Shown piece after piece: positions 52,697 to 64,000 of a DNA stretch of 64,000 nt (position 1 is its first letter; the number at the start of each line of letters is the position of its first letter). The notes beneath the pieces were generated by a model. That model saw only the letters and a list, made by a program, of their open reading frames with translations. It was not told where the DNA came from and did no database searches. Made by a program: the position numbers and the translations under genes. Source of the DNA: Octopus vulgaris (taxonomy: Eukaryota). The stretch is taken from assembly GCA_951406725.2 (NCBI GenBank), contig OX597832.1, positions 22,134,001 to 22,198,000 of the forward strand, written 5' to 3'.

Positions 52697-53568
52697 GGTG
52701 AGGTGGAAGAAGAGGGCGAAGTCGATTTGGATGAATAAACCCGGTGCTTGAATTTTATCGATCTCAGAAGGATGAAAAAGGCAAACAGCAATAATTTCCT
52801 CCGACCAGGCGAAAGGCCAACTCCCATTAGGGATCAGATCGATACTACTGATATTTGTTCGATCAACTTTGTTAGGTATATATATATAAAGACAAAAAGC
52901 TGACCTTGCTGGGGCCTCGGAAGTCCTTTCAAAAGAAAGAGAGGGTTCAGAGAAACAAGATATTATCCCGGATTAAAACTATTAAACAGTTGTCTAAACG
53001 GATGCTTGGCAGTTATTTTAAATCATTTAAGAAAAACGAATAGAGAATTTAAAAAAACAAAAATCTGCTGGGTTAATCCAGAAAATTCCGGTGGTTGAAA
53101 AGAAAGCATTTTAAAAGGATGAAAGGGAATCAAATTGTGAAGTTGTGTCGTTCATGTATTTTCCCTTTTTCCTGGATGCTGGCAACGTACGCGAAATGAA
53201 AAAAATCACGGAGCACGTGACTGTTGTTTTTGTAAGGATGGTTCGATGAGAAACCGATATCTTTTACCAAGTAGATACTGATCTCATTGGATCCCGGGGA
53301 AACACCCTGTACCATCTGCTCCTTCATAATTTAGTCGTTGCACTACTGTTGTTGACCCAGCACAGACAACAAAAACAGCAGCTTGTGTCACTGTTTCAAG
53401 TTCAATTTCCACCGGTAACCGACTTACTTCTCCGGGACTGACAGAACAACCTGCGCTCACCCATATACGATGTCGGCCGCAGTCATTTCGCCCCCAAATC
53501 AGCTCCTGGACTACTAGACCTATAAACATAGAGACATTCCACCTACGACTATCACGTTTATTTTATTA

Positions 53569-53770
53569 GGGCAGCGAGCTGGCAGAAACGTTAGCACGCC
53601 GGGCGAAATGCGTTGCCGTTACGTTCTGAGTTCAAATTTCGCCGAGGTTGACTTTGCCTTTCATCCTTTCGGGGGTCGATAAATTAAGTACGTTACGCAC
53701 TGGGGTCGATGTAATCGACTTAATCCCGTTTGTCTGTCCTTGTTTGTCCCCTCTGTGGGTAGTAAAGAAT
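53569..53770 (+). mobile_element. SINE family A monomer. An opposite-orientation copy lies at 54256-54456; further copies at 5782-6225, 30857-31070, 32375-33000, 37585-37775, 48195-48600 and 62550-63761
   Basis: GGCAGCGAGCTGGCAGAAACGTTAGCACGCCGGGCGAAATG...GTAGTAAAGAA. Confidence 0.9.
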
Positions 53771-54455
53771 TTTTTTTTTTCGGCTATAATGTTTTCAAGA
53801 TATAAATATTAAAAAAAATATAAACAATGTGTCAATTATTTATATAATCCTTCCACCTGCAAGAAACAATAGCTAAACCCCCCATAAATCACACCCTGAT
53901 AAGATACTGGCCATTATCGTTTAACCCCCAGACTAACTCCGATCAGGTTGACCTATTATTAAGGGCACTTCAACTGTGACCATCCAGTTTTACGTTAAAA
54001 CAGCGTATATAAGTAACTGTCCAGCCACGTTTAAGTCAACAAAATCTGATTAACGAGGGAGTTTGGGGTACGAGTGGAATTGGGGAGGTACTTGCTGCTG
54101 CTTCTAGCAAGTTGAGCGTCCACATAGAGGACTCCCTTTCAATTGTTTTATTCCCAGGTCAGATCCGATAAAAGTAAACCTATGATCATCGGTGATCTAG
54201 CAATAACCACCTCGCATTAATTTAAGACATAGTATATATATATATATATATATACTATTTCTTTACTACCCACAAGGGCTACACACAGAGAGGACAAACA
54301 AGGACAGACAAACGAATTAAGTCGATTACATCGACCCCCAGTGCGTAACTGGTACTTAATTTATCGACCCCGAAAGGATGAAAAGCAAAGTCGACCTCGG
54401 CGGAATTTGAACCCAGAACGTAACGGCAGACGAAATACCGCTAAGCATTTCGCCC

Positions 54456-54537
<82 letters not shown>

Positions 54538-55864
54538 GTATTTATATATATATGTATATATATCCACAGTACCCCCATTAAATTTTGTGGGTAGGAGGGA
54601 CATATTGGACGTTTCTTTTCTTTTTATGTGGTGTTGTGTAGGAAAGCAAATAGAACACATTTTCCATTATCAAATCGTAACGAACATCGTAAAACATGAC
54701 AAATATGTTTATAGTGTACAGTTTAAATGTGTGTGTGTGTGTGTACACGCACATATATGATCAGAATGGGCGGAAAAAAAATAATAAACAGTAAATGGAA
54801 TGAACCACAGTAATTTCAGGAGTAGATATTTCGGGGGAGATGTTTTCCAATGTTAATAAAACAAACCGGTTTCATTTCATACATAAGGGTTGGAGAATTG
54901 AAACCGGGTCGCTGGCTCGGCCTTCGCCGGAACGTATCCATGTCTGCTTTACGGCGCTCTCAGAAATCTTAATAAACAATGATCAACTCTTTTACTTTAC
55001 AGATATTAAGTTTTATGCCTCACAAGGGAAAGGAATACGAGACCGTGTAATGGATATCCATGCCTGTCTCTCAAATGGAAAAAACGTGATCATTACAATA
55101 TGACTTAGAGGGAATCGAAGAGGGACTCGCCGGAAGTTATTCATTATTAAATGGAACTCGTCGAAGAAATACGAAAGTTTATTTAAAAAATCAGAAACAA
55201 TGTAATGTATTTATATAGAAATATAGAATAAAAAAAGGAATGAAGTCATGATACGTTTATGCCTTTCTTGATTGATATTACAAAGCAGTAAGTCGAACAA
55301 AGCTGTTTTCAAGCAGGGGAACGAAACCGGGTTACAGGATTAGGATTGCCCCGGAAGTTGGGAAACCTCCGTGTTACAGAGCGGATCGAAATGAATTATT
55401 TTTTATAGATACAAAGCCAAAAAAAAATTATATAATAATGTGGAGGTGAGGTTGTATGATGTTCATGCCTTTCTCGTGGACATTAGATGTTAGAACTCGA
55501 GTGAGATAATAATAACAACAGCAGCAGGGAAATTGTGACAGAAAGTCGAAGACATGGGTCGGCGGAAGTCCAGGTCACAAAAGCGATTCTTCCCATCGAG
55601 GGGTCAAAGGATTAATTAATTAATATTTGGTCAATTTATAAGAAAAAAGGGAGGAATGGAAAATACATTGAGTATAACCTGAGATTTTGCAGAAACAAAT
55701 CCGATATGACATGTAAACTAAAACGAAAACACATCCTACATCTAAATATTAAACATTTTTTTTCTTTTTATTTATCAATTATTTTTTTTTTTTAATAAAT
55801 GTGGAAATTTTTCAAATCAGACAGAAAAAAAATAAAATAGAATAAAAAAGCAGGTTTTTCTTAC

Positions 55865-55963
55865 CTCCTGTTCACTCTCATCCCTGAAACATAGGCAGGC
55901 TGCCCGTCTTCGAAAACCTTCTTCATCGTACGTCCTTAGAGTTTTCGTTTTTTGCTTAACCAT
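55865..55963 (-). CDS. NUDT3: First coding exon of a diphosphoinositol polyphosphate phosphohydrolase (DIPP; NUDT3/4/10/11 family Nudix hydrolase)
   Basis: ATG at 55963. The 99 nt encode MVKQKTKTLRTYDEEGFRRRAACLCFRDESEQE, which matches the DIPP N-terminus (RTYD.dG.kkRAACLCFR.E.E.E). The exon ends at a phase-0 donor GAG|GTAAG, the intron position I recall for vertebrate NUDT3. Invertebrates usually have one co-orthologue of NUDT3/4/10/11, so the symbol is nominal. Confidence 0.93.
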
Positions 55964-56659
55964 ATCAGTGGTACCCTGAAGAATTTTGGTAAGATTTCTG
56001 AATCCTTCTTTCTGTCCTTCCAATTTCTTCGGTTTTTTTTTTTAATATTAATATTAATTTATAGTAATTTATTTTGATTCAATTTTATTATATTTTCCGG
56101 GCTTTTGTGTATATTATTATTATTATTATTATTGTTACAGTTTGTTGTTTGTTTTTTCTTCTTGATTTTATTTCTTTGATATTTATATTTATATTTATAT
56201 TTCCTCGTGTTTTACTTTGTTGGAGCTGATTATCATCATCATCATTATTATTATTATTAACAATTAAATATCATTAATAACAACAGCAAATAACAATGTG
56301 ATGATAGAACGACGGTGAGGAAGATAGAATGACAAAAAAAAAAAAATATTAGGAAGATGAGATCTAAGAGAGAATGGGATCTAAGGGAGAATGGGTCAGT
56401 GTGTGAAGAGTGTAAAAGAAAGGAATATTTATCTAAAACTGCGAAGAGATGAAGAAAGACAGTGTGTGTGTATGTATGTATGTATGTGTGTGTGTGTGTG
56501 TGACTGAGAATGAATGAGTGGGAAATGTGACAAACAACAACAAGAACAATAACAAAGAACTGGACAAGAAGGGAGATCAAACAACGGTTGTGGCGGGGGT
56601 GACACCTGATCCACGTGCTGCTAGGGCGGCAACGGCGGAGAAGGATGTCTCAGTTTGTC

Positions 56660-57060
56660 TACAGCTGTTGTTGTTGTGATTATTATTATTATTATTATTA
56701 TTATAGTAGTTGTTTATATGGTGGAGGTTGTTGTTGTTGTTGGTGGTGGCGATGTTGTTGTGAGTGTGGGGCAGGTTATTAATATTATTATTATTATTAT
56801 TATTATTATTAGCGGTCAGAACACGGAGAGGAGCGACAGCTGGTTTGCTGGAAATAGAAGAGGAAGGAAGGAGGAAGCCGACGAAGTCGGAGAGAGGAGA
56901 CGTACAACAGCAACAACAAGAACAACAATTATTACTATTACTATTATTATTGTTATTGTTATTATTATTATTATCACGACTACAAACACGGTGGCGATTG
57001 CGATGACAATGGTGATGTGTGTAACAACGACGACGATGACGACAATGATGATGATGATGA
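56660..57060. repeat. Trinucleotide repeat cluster (TTA/TTG/ATG/CAA) in the putative DIPP 5' leader
   Basis: Directly visible. Confidence 0.85.
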
Positions 57061-57231
57061 CAGAAAGTAAAAGGAAGAGATAGAGAACAAATGGAAGAGG
57101 AAGGAGCAGGGCAACGAGGAGAGGCTTTGGCTTTTTCGGAACTGATATTACTGGCGCCCCGTACAACACCTTTAGCCATTTTCTGCCTGGCAACCACCAC
57201 GGTGATTATTGCCACTGCTCGGGTTTGTGGC

Positions 57232-57272
57232 AGAAGAGGTCGAGGAGCAGAGGAGCTGAAGTGATTTATATA
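57232..57272 (-). promoter_or_regulatory. Candidate TATA box plus pyrimidine-rich initiator upstream of the DIPP gene
   Basis: Minus-strand TATATAAAT at about 57272-57264, followed about 30 nt downstream by CCTCTTCT (about 57240-57232). The site is about 1.3 kb upstream of the ATG. Motif-only evidence. Confidence 0.3.
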
Positions 57273-58578
57273 CACAGACAGACGAGTATATAGTGTGTTC
57301 AGACATATGGGTAAATTATGTGTCTAACTAAGAAGTATATACACATATATATCACACATGACGTACGTATATGTAAAGGTGCGTGATTGAAAGAAGAATA
57401 AAGGTGTATAAATGTGTATATAAACGTGTCTGTGTGCTGTGTGGTGTGTAGAAAAGATGAGAGATATAGAAGAAAGCTGCGTGTATATATATGTATGTGT
57501 GTATAATAAGAATATGTATGAACGGGTATGAGATATATGTAGAAAATCTGTGTAGTGTATGAGGTGTATTTAATAGAGAATGTATATGTGTGTATGTATG
57601 TGTATTTGTAGATTATCTATTAAAGTATGGGTGTAAAGAACAACGTATGTTTATGTGTGTGTGTGTATATATATGTATATATAATAAGAAAATGTATGAA
57701 CGGGTATGAGGTATATGTAGAAAATCTGTGTAGTGTATGAGGTGTATTTAATAGAGAATGTATATGTGTGTATATTGGTAGATGATCTATTAAAGTATGG
57801 GTGTAAAGAACAACGTATGTTTAGGTGTGAGTGTGTAGATGTTGGTATATATTTCTGTCTATGTACATGAACGTATGTCGAGGATAGTCCGACCTAAGAA
57901 AATTAGATGTCGGTGTGTGTGAGTGTGAGTGTATAACCAACCTTACTGAACAAAAACTAAAAAGGTGGTTGAGTTATTGTGTAGTTTAGATCTTTGGTTA
58001 CCAAGATTCCAAATGTGTTCTTGCTGTTGGTGCTGGTGCTTCTGATGATGATGATGCTGCTGGCTGAATACACTTGCGAGTGTAAGGAAGAAAAACAAGT
58101 AATACGGACATAGAATGCGGCTAACCCGGCCCAGGGCTTCCACATACGAGCCCGGTAGGTCGCCTTGGAAGTCCATTTAGAGGCTTAAAAAATAAATAAC
58201 ACCGGTTAAGACGGGGAAAAGAAAATTTTTAAAAAAATACGCAAAAAATATAAAAAAAAAGGAAGTTTTCTTTTGTGTTTTTTTTTGCTTCTGTTGTTTT
58301 TCTGAAGACAAAACAACAATTAAAAATAACCAGTCCGGTTTGGACCGGAATAGTTCGGCTACGTTGGGATTGACATGAAAAATAAATTAGTGTATAGTAT
58401 TTAAAAAAATAATTATAATTATAATTAATTAATTAATTAAGGGGCAGCAATTACCTCCACTGAGGTGTGTATATATATATATATATAGAGATATAGAGAG
58501 AGAGAGAGAGAGAGATATAGATATATATATATATCTTATATATAGAGATATATATATAATTATATATGTATGTATATG

Positions 58579-58609
<31 letters not shown>

Positions 58610-59469
58610 GTGGGGGTGTATGAGAGAGTAAAGTTAGTGTTTGTAATTAAGAAAATAAAGGGAAAAAAAGCAAAAGTGACAACAGAGGTGGGTATCTTTT
58701 TACCTTAGTTTCGTGCTTTGAGTAATTCCTTTTTATATATATATATATAAATATACATACATATATATATATATATAGATAGATAGATATATTAGATTTC
58801 TTGACTCTCCCCTTGTCTCAAAAATACTGGAAAACAATAAATATATACGTAGTAGTAATAATACTAATAATAATAATGGATAATTCAGCGGTGAAATAGA
58901 TCCTCGCTATACCTCCTCGCAACCCCCATTGCTTGTCCCCTCTCTTCTCCCTCCCCGTTAGATAAATCCACTCCTCATGTGTATATTGCATACATACATA
59001 TCATATACATACATATATACACTTATATATATATGTATATATATATAGTGCTATGTATGTGTGTTTGTTGTGTTATATGAATAGGTTAGTGCTTGGTTTT
59101 TTTGTGATTTTTGCTGTTGTATGTCCTTCGATCGTATAAATCTGGGGTGAATGGCACCAGGAGTGTCTTTTTGTGTTATTGTGTTGGGTTTTTTTCTTTT
59201 AAATTAACAGACAGTGTTAATTGTTTTCTGTTTTGCTTTGTTTTTGTCTTTTTGTTTTGTTGTTGTTGTTTTTTTTTTCCAGTGGTGGTGGTGGTGTGGT
59301 GCGTGCGTGCAGCTGACGGCGGCTGCACACTTTTGGTAATATAACCAACAACCTTATAAGAGGAGAAGAAGAAGACTTGAATATAAACTAAACCGAAAGC
59401 CAAACCAAGAATATTTTAAATGGCTTTGGCGCTGTTGGCTTGTTAACCAACGTAGAGTAGTCTACCCTT

Positions 59470-60829
59470 GTTTAGAGAGAGAGAGAGAAGAAATAGAAGA
59501 GGGAAAAGAAAGATAGATAATGAGTGAGGGCGAGAGAGAAGAAATAGGAGAGGGAAAAGAAAGATAGATAATGAGTGAGGGCGAGAGAGAGAGAGAGAGA
59601 AGAAATAGGAGAGGGAAAAGAAAGATAGATAATGAGTGAGGGCGAGAGAGAAGAAATAGGAGAGCGAAAAGAAAGATAGATCGTAGTGAGAGAGTGAGAG
59701 AGAGGAAAGAAATAGAAGAGGGAAAAGATAGATCGTGAGTGAGTTAGTGAGTGAGAGAGGAAAGGAATAGAAGAGGGAAAAGATAGATCGTGAGTGAGTT
59801 AGTGAGTGAGAGAGGAAAGGAATATAAGAGGGGGAAAAGAAAGATAGATCGTGAGTGAGAGAGGAAAGGAATAGAAGAGCGAAAAGAAAGATAGATAATG
59901 AGTGAGGGAGAGAGAGAGAGAGAGGAAAGGAATAGAAGAGGGGGAAAAGAAAGATAGATCAATGTGAGAGAGAGAGAAAAGAAATACAAGAGGGAAAATA
60001 AAGATAGATTGTGAGTGAGAGGGAGAAGAGGGGAAAAGAAAGATAGATCGTACTGAGAGAGACAGAGAGAGGAAAGAAATAGAAGAGGGGAAAGAGAGGT
60101 AGATCGTAGTGAGTGAGATAGAGAGAGTAAAATCAGTAAAGGAAAAGGAATGAGGGTGGAGTAAAGAAAGTGAAAGAAGCATAAGTGTGAGGTAAGCTGT
60201 AGAAGGAGAGAGATAGGGAAGAATGAGAGAGGGGGAGAGAAAGAAAGGAGACAAAGTGATTCGGAACAAAGAGTGAGACGAAAGGGGAGGAAGGAGACAA
60301 AGTGATTGAAAGTAAAAACGGAGGAAGAGCGACGACAAAGTGATAAAGAACAAAATGAGAGGTGGAAGAGAAAAGGATAGAGAACAATGGGAGGGGGAAA
60401 GAGGGAGAGAAAGTGATTGAGAGCGAAGTGAGAGAGGTAGAGAGTATTAATAGCTAATGTTGATGTCGAAGACGATAGATACACAGAAAGATAGAAGACA
60501 AGGAATGATGGATGGATTGATGGATGGATAGGTAGATAGACGGAGAGAGATAGATAAATGGATAGATATACAGAGAGGGGTAGATAGATAGATAGATAGA
60601 GAGAGAGAGGTAGAGAGAGAGAGAGATAGATAGATAGATAGATAGATAGACAGATAGATAGAAAGACAGAGAGAGGTAGATAGATAGGTAGACAGAGAGA
60701 GAGCTAGATAGATAGACAGACAGAGAGAGAGCTAGATAGATAGATAGATAGATAGAAAGACAGAGAGAGGTAGATAGATAGGTAGACAGAGAGAGAGCTA
60801 GATAGATAGACAGAGAGAGAGAGAGAGAG

Positions 60830-60860
<31 letters not shown>

Positions 60861-61328
60861 CAGATAGATAGAAAGACAGAGAGAGGTAGATAGATAGGTA
60901 GACAGAGAGAGAGCTAGATAGGTAGATAGATAGATAGATAGATAGATAGACAGAGAGAGAGGTAGATAGATAGATAGATAGAGAGAGGTACTTGTACGAA
61001 ATCGAAAGGAGAAAAAAGAAATAAATTTAAGAGGTGAGACAGGATGGAAGTGAAAGTATACGGATAGAGATACAGAAAGTAAACGAACGATGTATAAACA
61101 GAAAAAGATGAGGAGAGAGAGAGAGAGAGAGGTGTTAGACTAAAAAGTGTTGGCACGATATAGGTGTACGAGTATTAGAAAGATATAAACACAATGGTAG
61201 ACGGAACGATAGAGATAATAATAATAACGATGATAATAATAATAATAATAATAATAATGATAATAATAATACTACTACTACTAATAATAATAATGATGAT
61301 GATGATGATGATGATGATAATAATAATG

Positions 61329-61362
<34 letters not shown>

Positions 61363-61495
61363 GAAGAGAGAAGAAGAGAAGAAGAAGAAGAAGAAGAAGA
61401 AGAAGAAGAATAAGGTGATGATGATGATGAAGAAGAAGAAGAAGAAGAAGAAGAAGAAGAAGAAGAAGGTGATGAAGAAGCAGAAGAAGAAGAAT
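59470..61495. repeat. Purine-rich repeat block: GA-rich units of about 45 bp, (GATA)/(GAGA) arrays, and (TAA)(TGA)(GAA) triplet runs
   Basis: Directly visible. Confidence 0.9.
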
Positions 61496-64000
61496 TTTGG
61501 CACAAAGCCAGTAATTCTAAGGGAAGTAGTCGATTACATCGACTTTAGTATTTGATTGGTATTTTATTTTATTTTATTGACCCCCCGAAAGGATGGAAGG
61601 CAAAGTTTGTCTTCGGCGGAATTTGAACTCGAAACGAAACGAGCCTCGAGAAATGAATGTAGTGCTGAACAGGAGCAAAAGTAGAAGAAATTGAAAAGTA
61701 GATATGTTTGTAGTGATAATAATAAGATACATCGGAAGAGAGAGATGGTTTGAAAGACAGACAGGAAGATGGTAAGAGAGAGAGAGAGAGAGAAACACAC
61801 TCGAGGAATGACAGAAAAGTCAGGCAGAGAGGAGATAAATAGATTGACGGTGTGAGGGTGATAAATAGATAGACAGATAGATAGACAGAGAATGATAGCT
61901 AGAGAGAGAAATAGATAGATAGATAGACAGACAGACAGAGAAAGAGAGAGGTAGATAGACAGATAGATAGATAGACAGAGAAAGAGAAAGGTAGATAGAT
62001 AGATAGATAGATAGATAGACAGACAGATAGATAGAGAATGATAGCTAGAGAGAGAGACAGACAGACAGACAAAGGAAAGTAGGAGAGAAGCTTTTTTTGC
62101 AAATGCTTCTTGTACTGAGCAAGCGCTATCAGTTCTTTCTCTCTCTCTCTCTTTCTCTTTTTTTAGTTCTTTCCTTTTTCTCTTTCTCTCATTCTTTCTT
62201 GCAACTGGAATGTGCATTCTTAAACAACAACCTACCTTATATGATTTGTTGTGCCGATGGCTTGCTTAAAGTTCGTTTCTTGCCTATTTTTCTTAGTCTG
62301 ATTATTGGGATTAAGAGAGGGAAGCTACCTCTGATTTCTTCACTTTTTTTGTTTTCTTTCTGAATGAAGACAAAAAAAAAAAATGGTATTTCGGGCCGCA
62401 GGTGATATATTTACATATAATTGTAATAGTATGCGTTTATTTAACTCTCGTACACGTTTTCCGCTATTTTAGTCAATTGCTATGTTTGAATAACTGGCTC
62501 CAAGCATCAAATTAGATATGTCAGTATACCCTTAATAATAATAATAATAATCCTTTCTACCATAGGCACAAGGCCTGAAATTTTGTGAGAGGGGTTTAGT
62601 CGATTGCATCAACCCTAGTTCTTGACTGATATTTATTTTACCGACCCCGAAAGGCAAAGTCGACCTAGACAGCATTTGAACTCAGAATGTCAAGAGCCGG
62701 AAGCAGGGCTACTAAACATTTTTCCGGCTTGCTAACAATTTACCAGTTCGCCACTTTATCGCTTTACATAATAATCTTTTCTATTCTAGTCACAAGGCCC
62801 GAAATTTTGGGGTAGGTTGCCAGTCGATTAGTTTGACTCCAGTACGCAACTGGTACTTAATTTATCGACCCCGAAAGGATAAAAGGCAAAGTCAACCTCG
62901 GCGGAATTTGAACACAGAACGTCAAGAGCCAGAAGAAATGCTACTAAATATTTTTCCGGTTTGCTAAGAATTCAACCGGTTCGCCACCTTATCGCTCTTC
63001 ATAATAATGATAATCCTTTCCACAACAGACACAAAATATTCTACAATAGACGCTGAAATTTAGAGGGACGTGGGGTGGATTATATCAACTCCAGTGCCAG
63101 GTGTATGTTAACGATTCTTACCAGCTCGTCGCTTTTTCGACAGAATTTAATAATAATAATAATAATAATATAATGGTTTCTAATTTTGGCACAAAGCCAG
63201 CAGGTTTGGTGAAGGGGCTAAGTTGATCACATCGACCCCAGTGTTCAACTGGTCCTTATTTTATCGACCCGGAAAGGATAAAAGGCAATGTCAACCTCGG
63301 CGGAGTTCGAACTCAGAACATAACCCCGGACGAAATGCTGCTGTGTATTTTTACCCGGCGTGCTAACGATTCTGCCAGCTAGGCGCAATGCCTGAATTTG
63401 GGATCGGTGGAGTTAAGATAGGGGCTAGTCGATTACATAGATCCTAGTACTCAATTGGTGCTTATTTTATCGACCCCCGAAAGAATGATAGGAGAAGTCA
63501 ACTTCGATGGAATTTGAATATTGATAATAATTAATATACAATTAATAATTAATATACAATTAAGGCGGCGAGCTGGCAGAAACGTTAGTAAGCCGACGTT
63601 CTGAGTTCAAATTCCGCCGAGGTCGACTTTGCCTTTCATCCTTTCGGGGTCGATAAATTAAGTACCAGTTACGCACTGGAGTCGATGAAATCGACTTAAT
63701 CCGTTTGTCTGTCCTTGTTTGTTCCCTCTGTGTTTAGCCCCTCGTGGGTAGTAAAGAAATAGATAATAATTCATATACGCGAACAGTGTTGATAGATAGC
63801 ACCTGTGTTAAAGTACGCGATGTCAGAAACTTTAATTCAATGACTGGGGAAGCTTCGATTAAAAAAACGAAAAAGAAAAAGAAGACTATTTGTATTTTTT
63901 ATTATATTCTGTGGTGAAATCCGCTAGACCACAACACGGCAGCGAACCATCGTGGGAACCACTGCTGGTTTCGACCGGTTAGAAATACCAGCTGAATTTC

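Noticed and set aside
53130-53529. Complex-looking ORFs as DIPP exon 2
   Set aside because: No Nudix box or PGGG motif in the frames I translated
55817-56023. 68-aa ORF as listed in the track (starting at TTG, reading through to 55817)
   Set aside because: Homology starts at ATG 55963 and ends at the GTAAG donor; the extensions are leader and intron sequence

Overview
AT-rich, very microsatellite-rich eukaryotic genomic DNA. The repeat families look to me like those of octopus (coleoid cephalopod); this is from recall and was not verified by a search. Only one host coding segment is convincing: the first coding exon (55865-55963, minus strand) of a DIPP/NUDT3-family Nudix hydrolase. I could not find later exons by eye, so most of the window (1-55864) is probably one very large first intron. 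The rest is a dense mix of mobile and simple repeats: at least four SINE families, TIR MITEs (one carrying TTAGGG repeats), a clean non-autonomous Helitron, Penelope-like pieces with minimal hammerhead motifs, R4/Dong, CR1/L2-like and mariner remnants, and long simple or compound repeats. These simple repeats account for nearly all the long ORFs in the supplied track. The most notable signal is a tRNA-derived SINE (family A) that forms head-to-tail concatemers joined at the same base at four independent loci, including one junction between two different subfamilies. A head of the same SINE is fused to an R4/Dong LINE 3' end. Together these suggest a template-jumping SINE/R4 system (inference). 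Many repeat boundaries are approximate.
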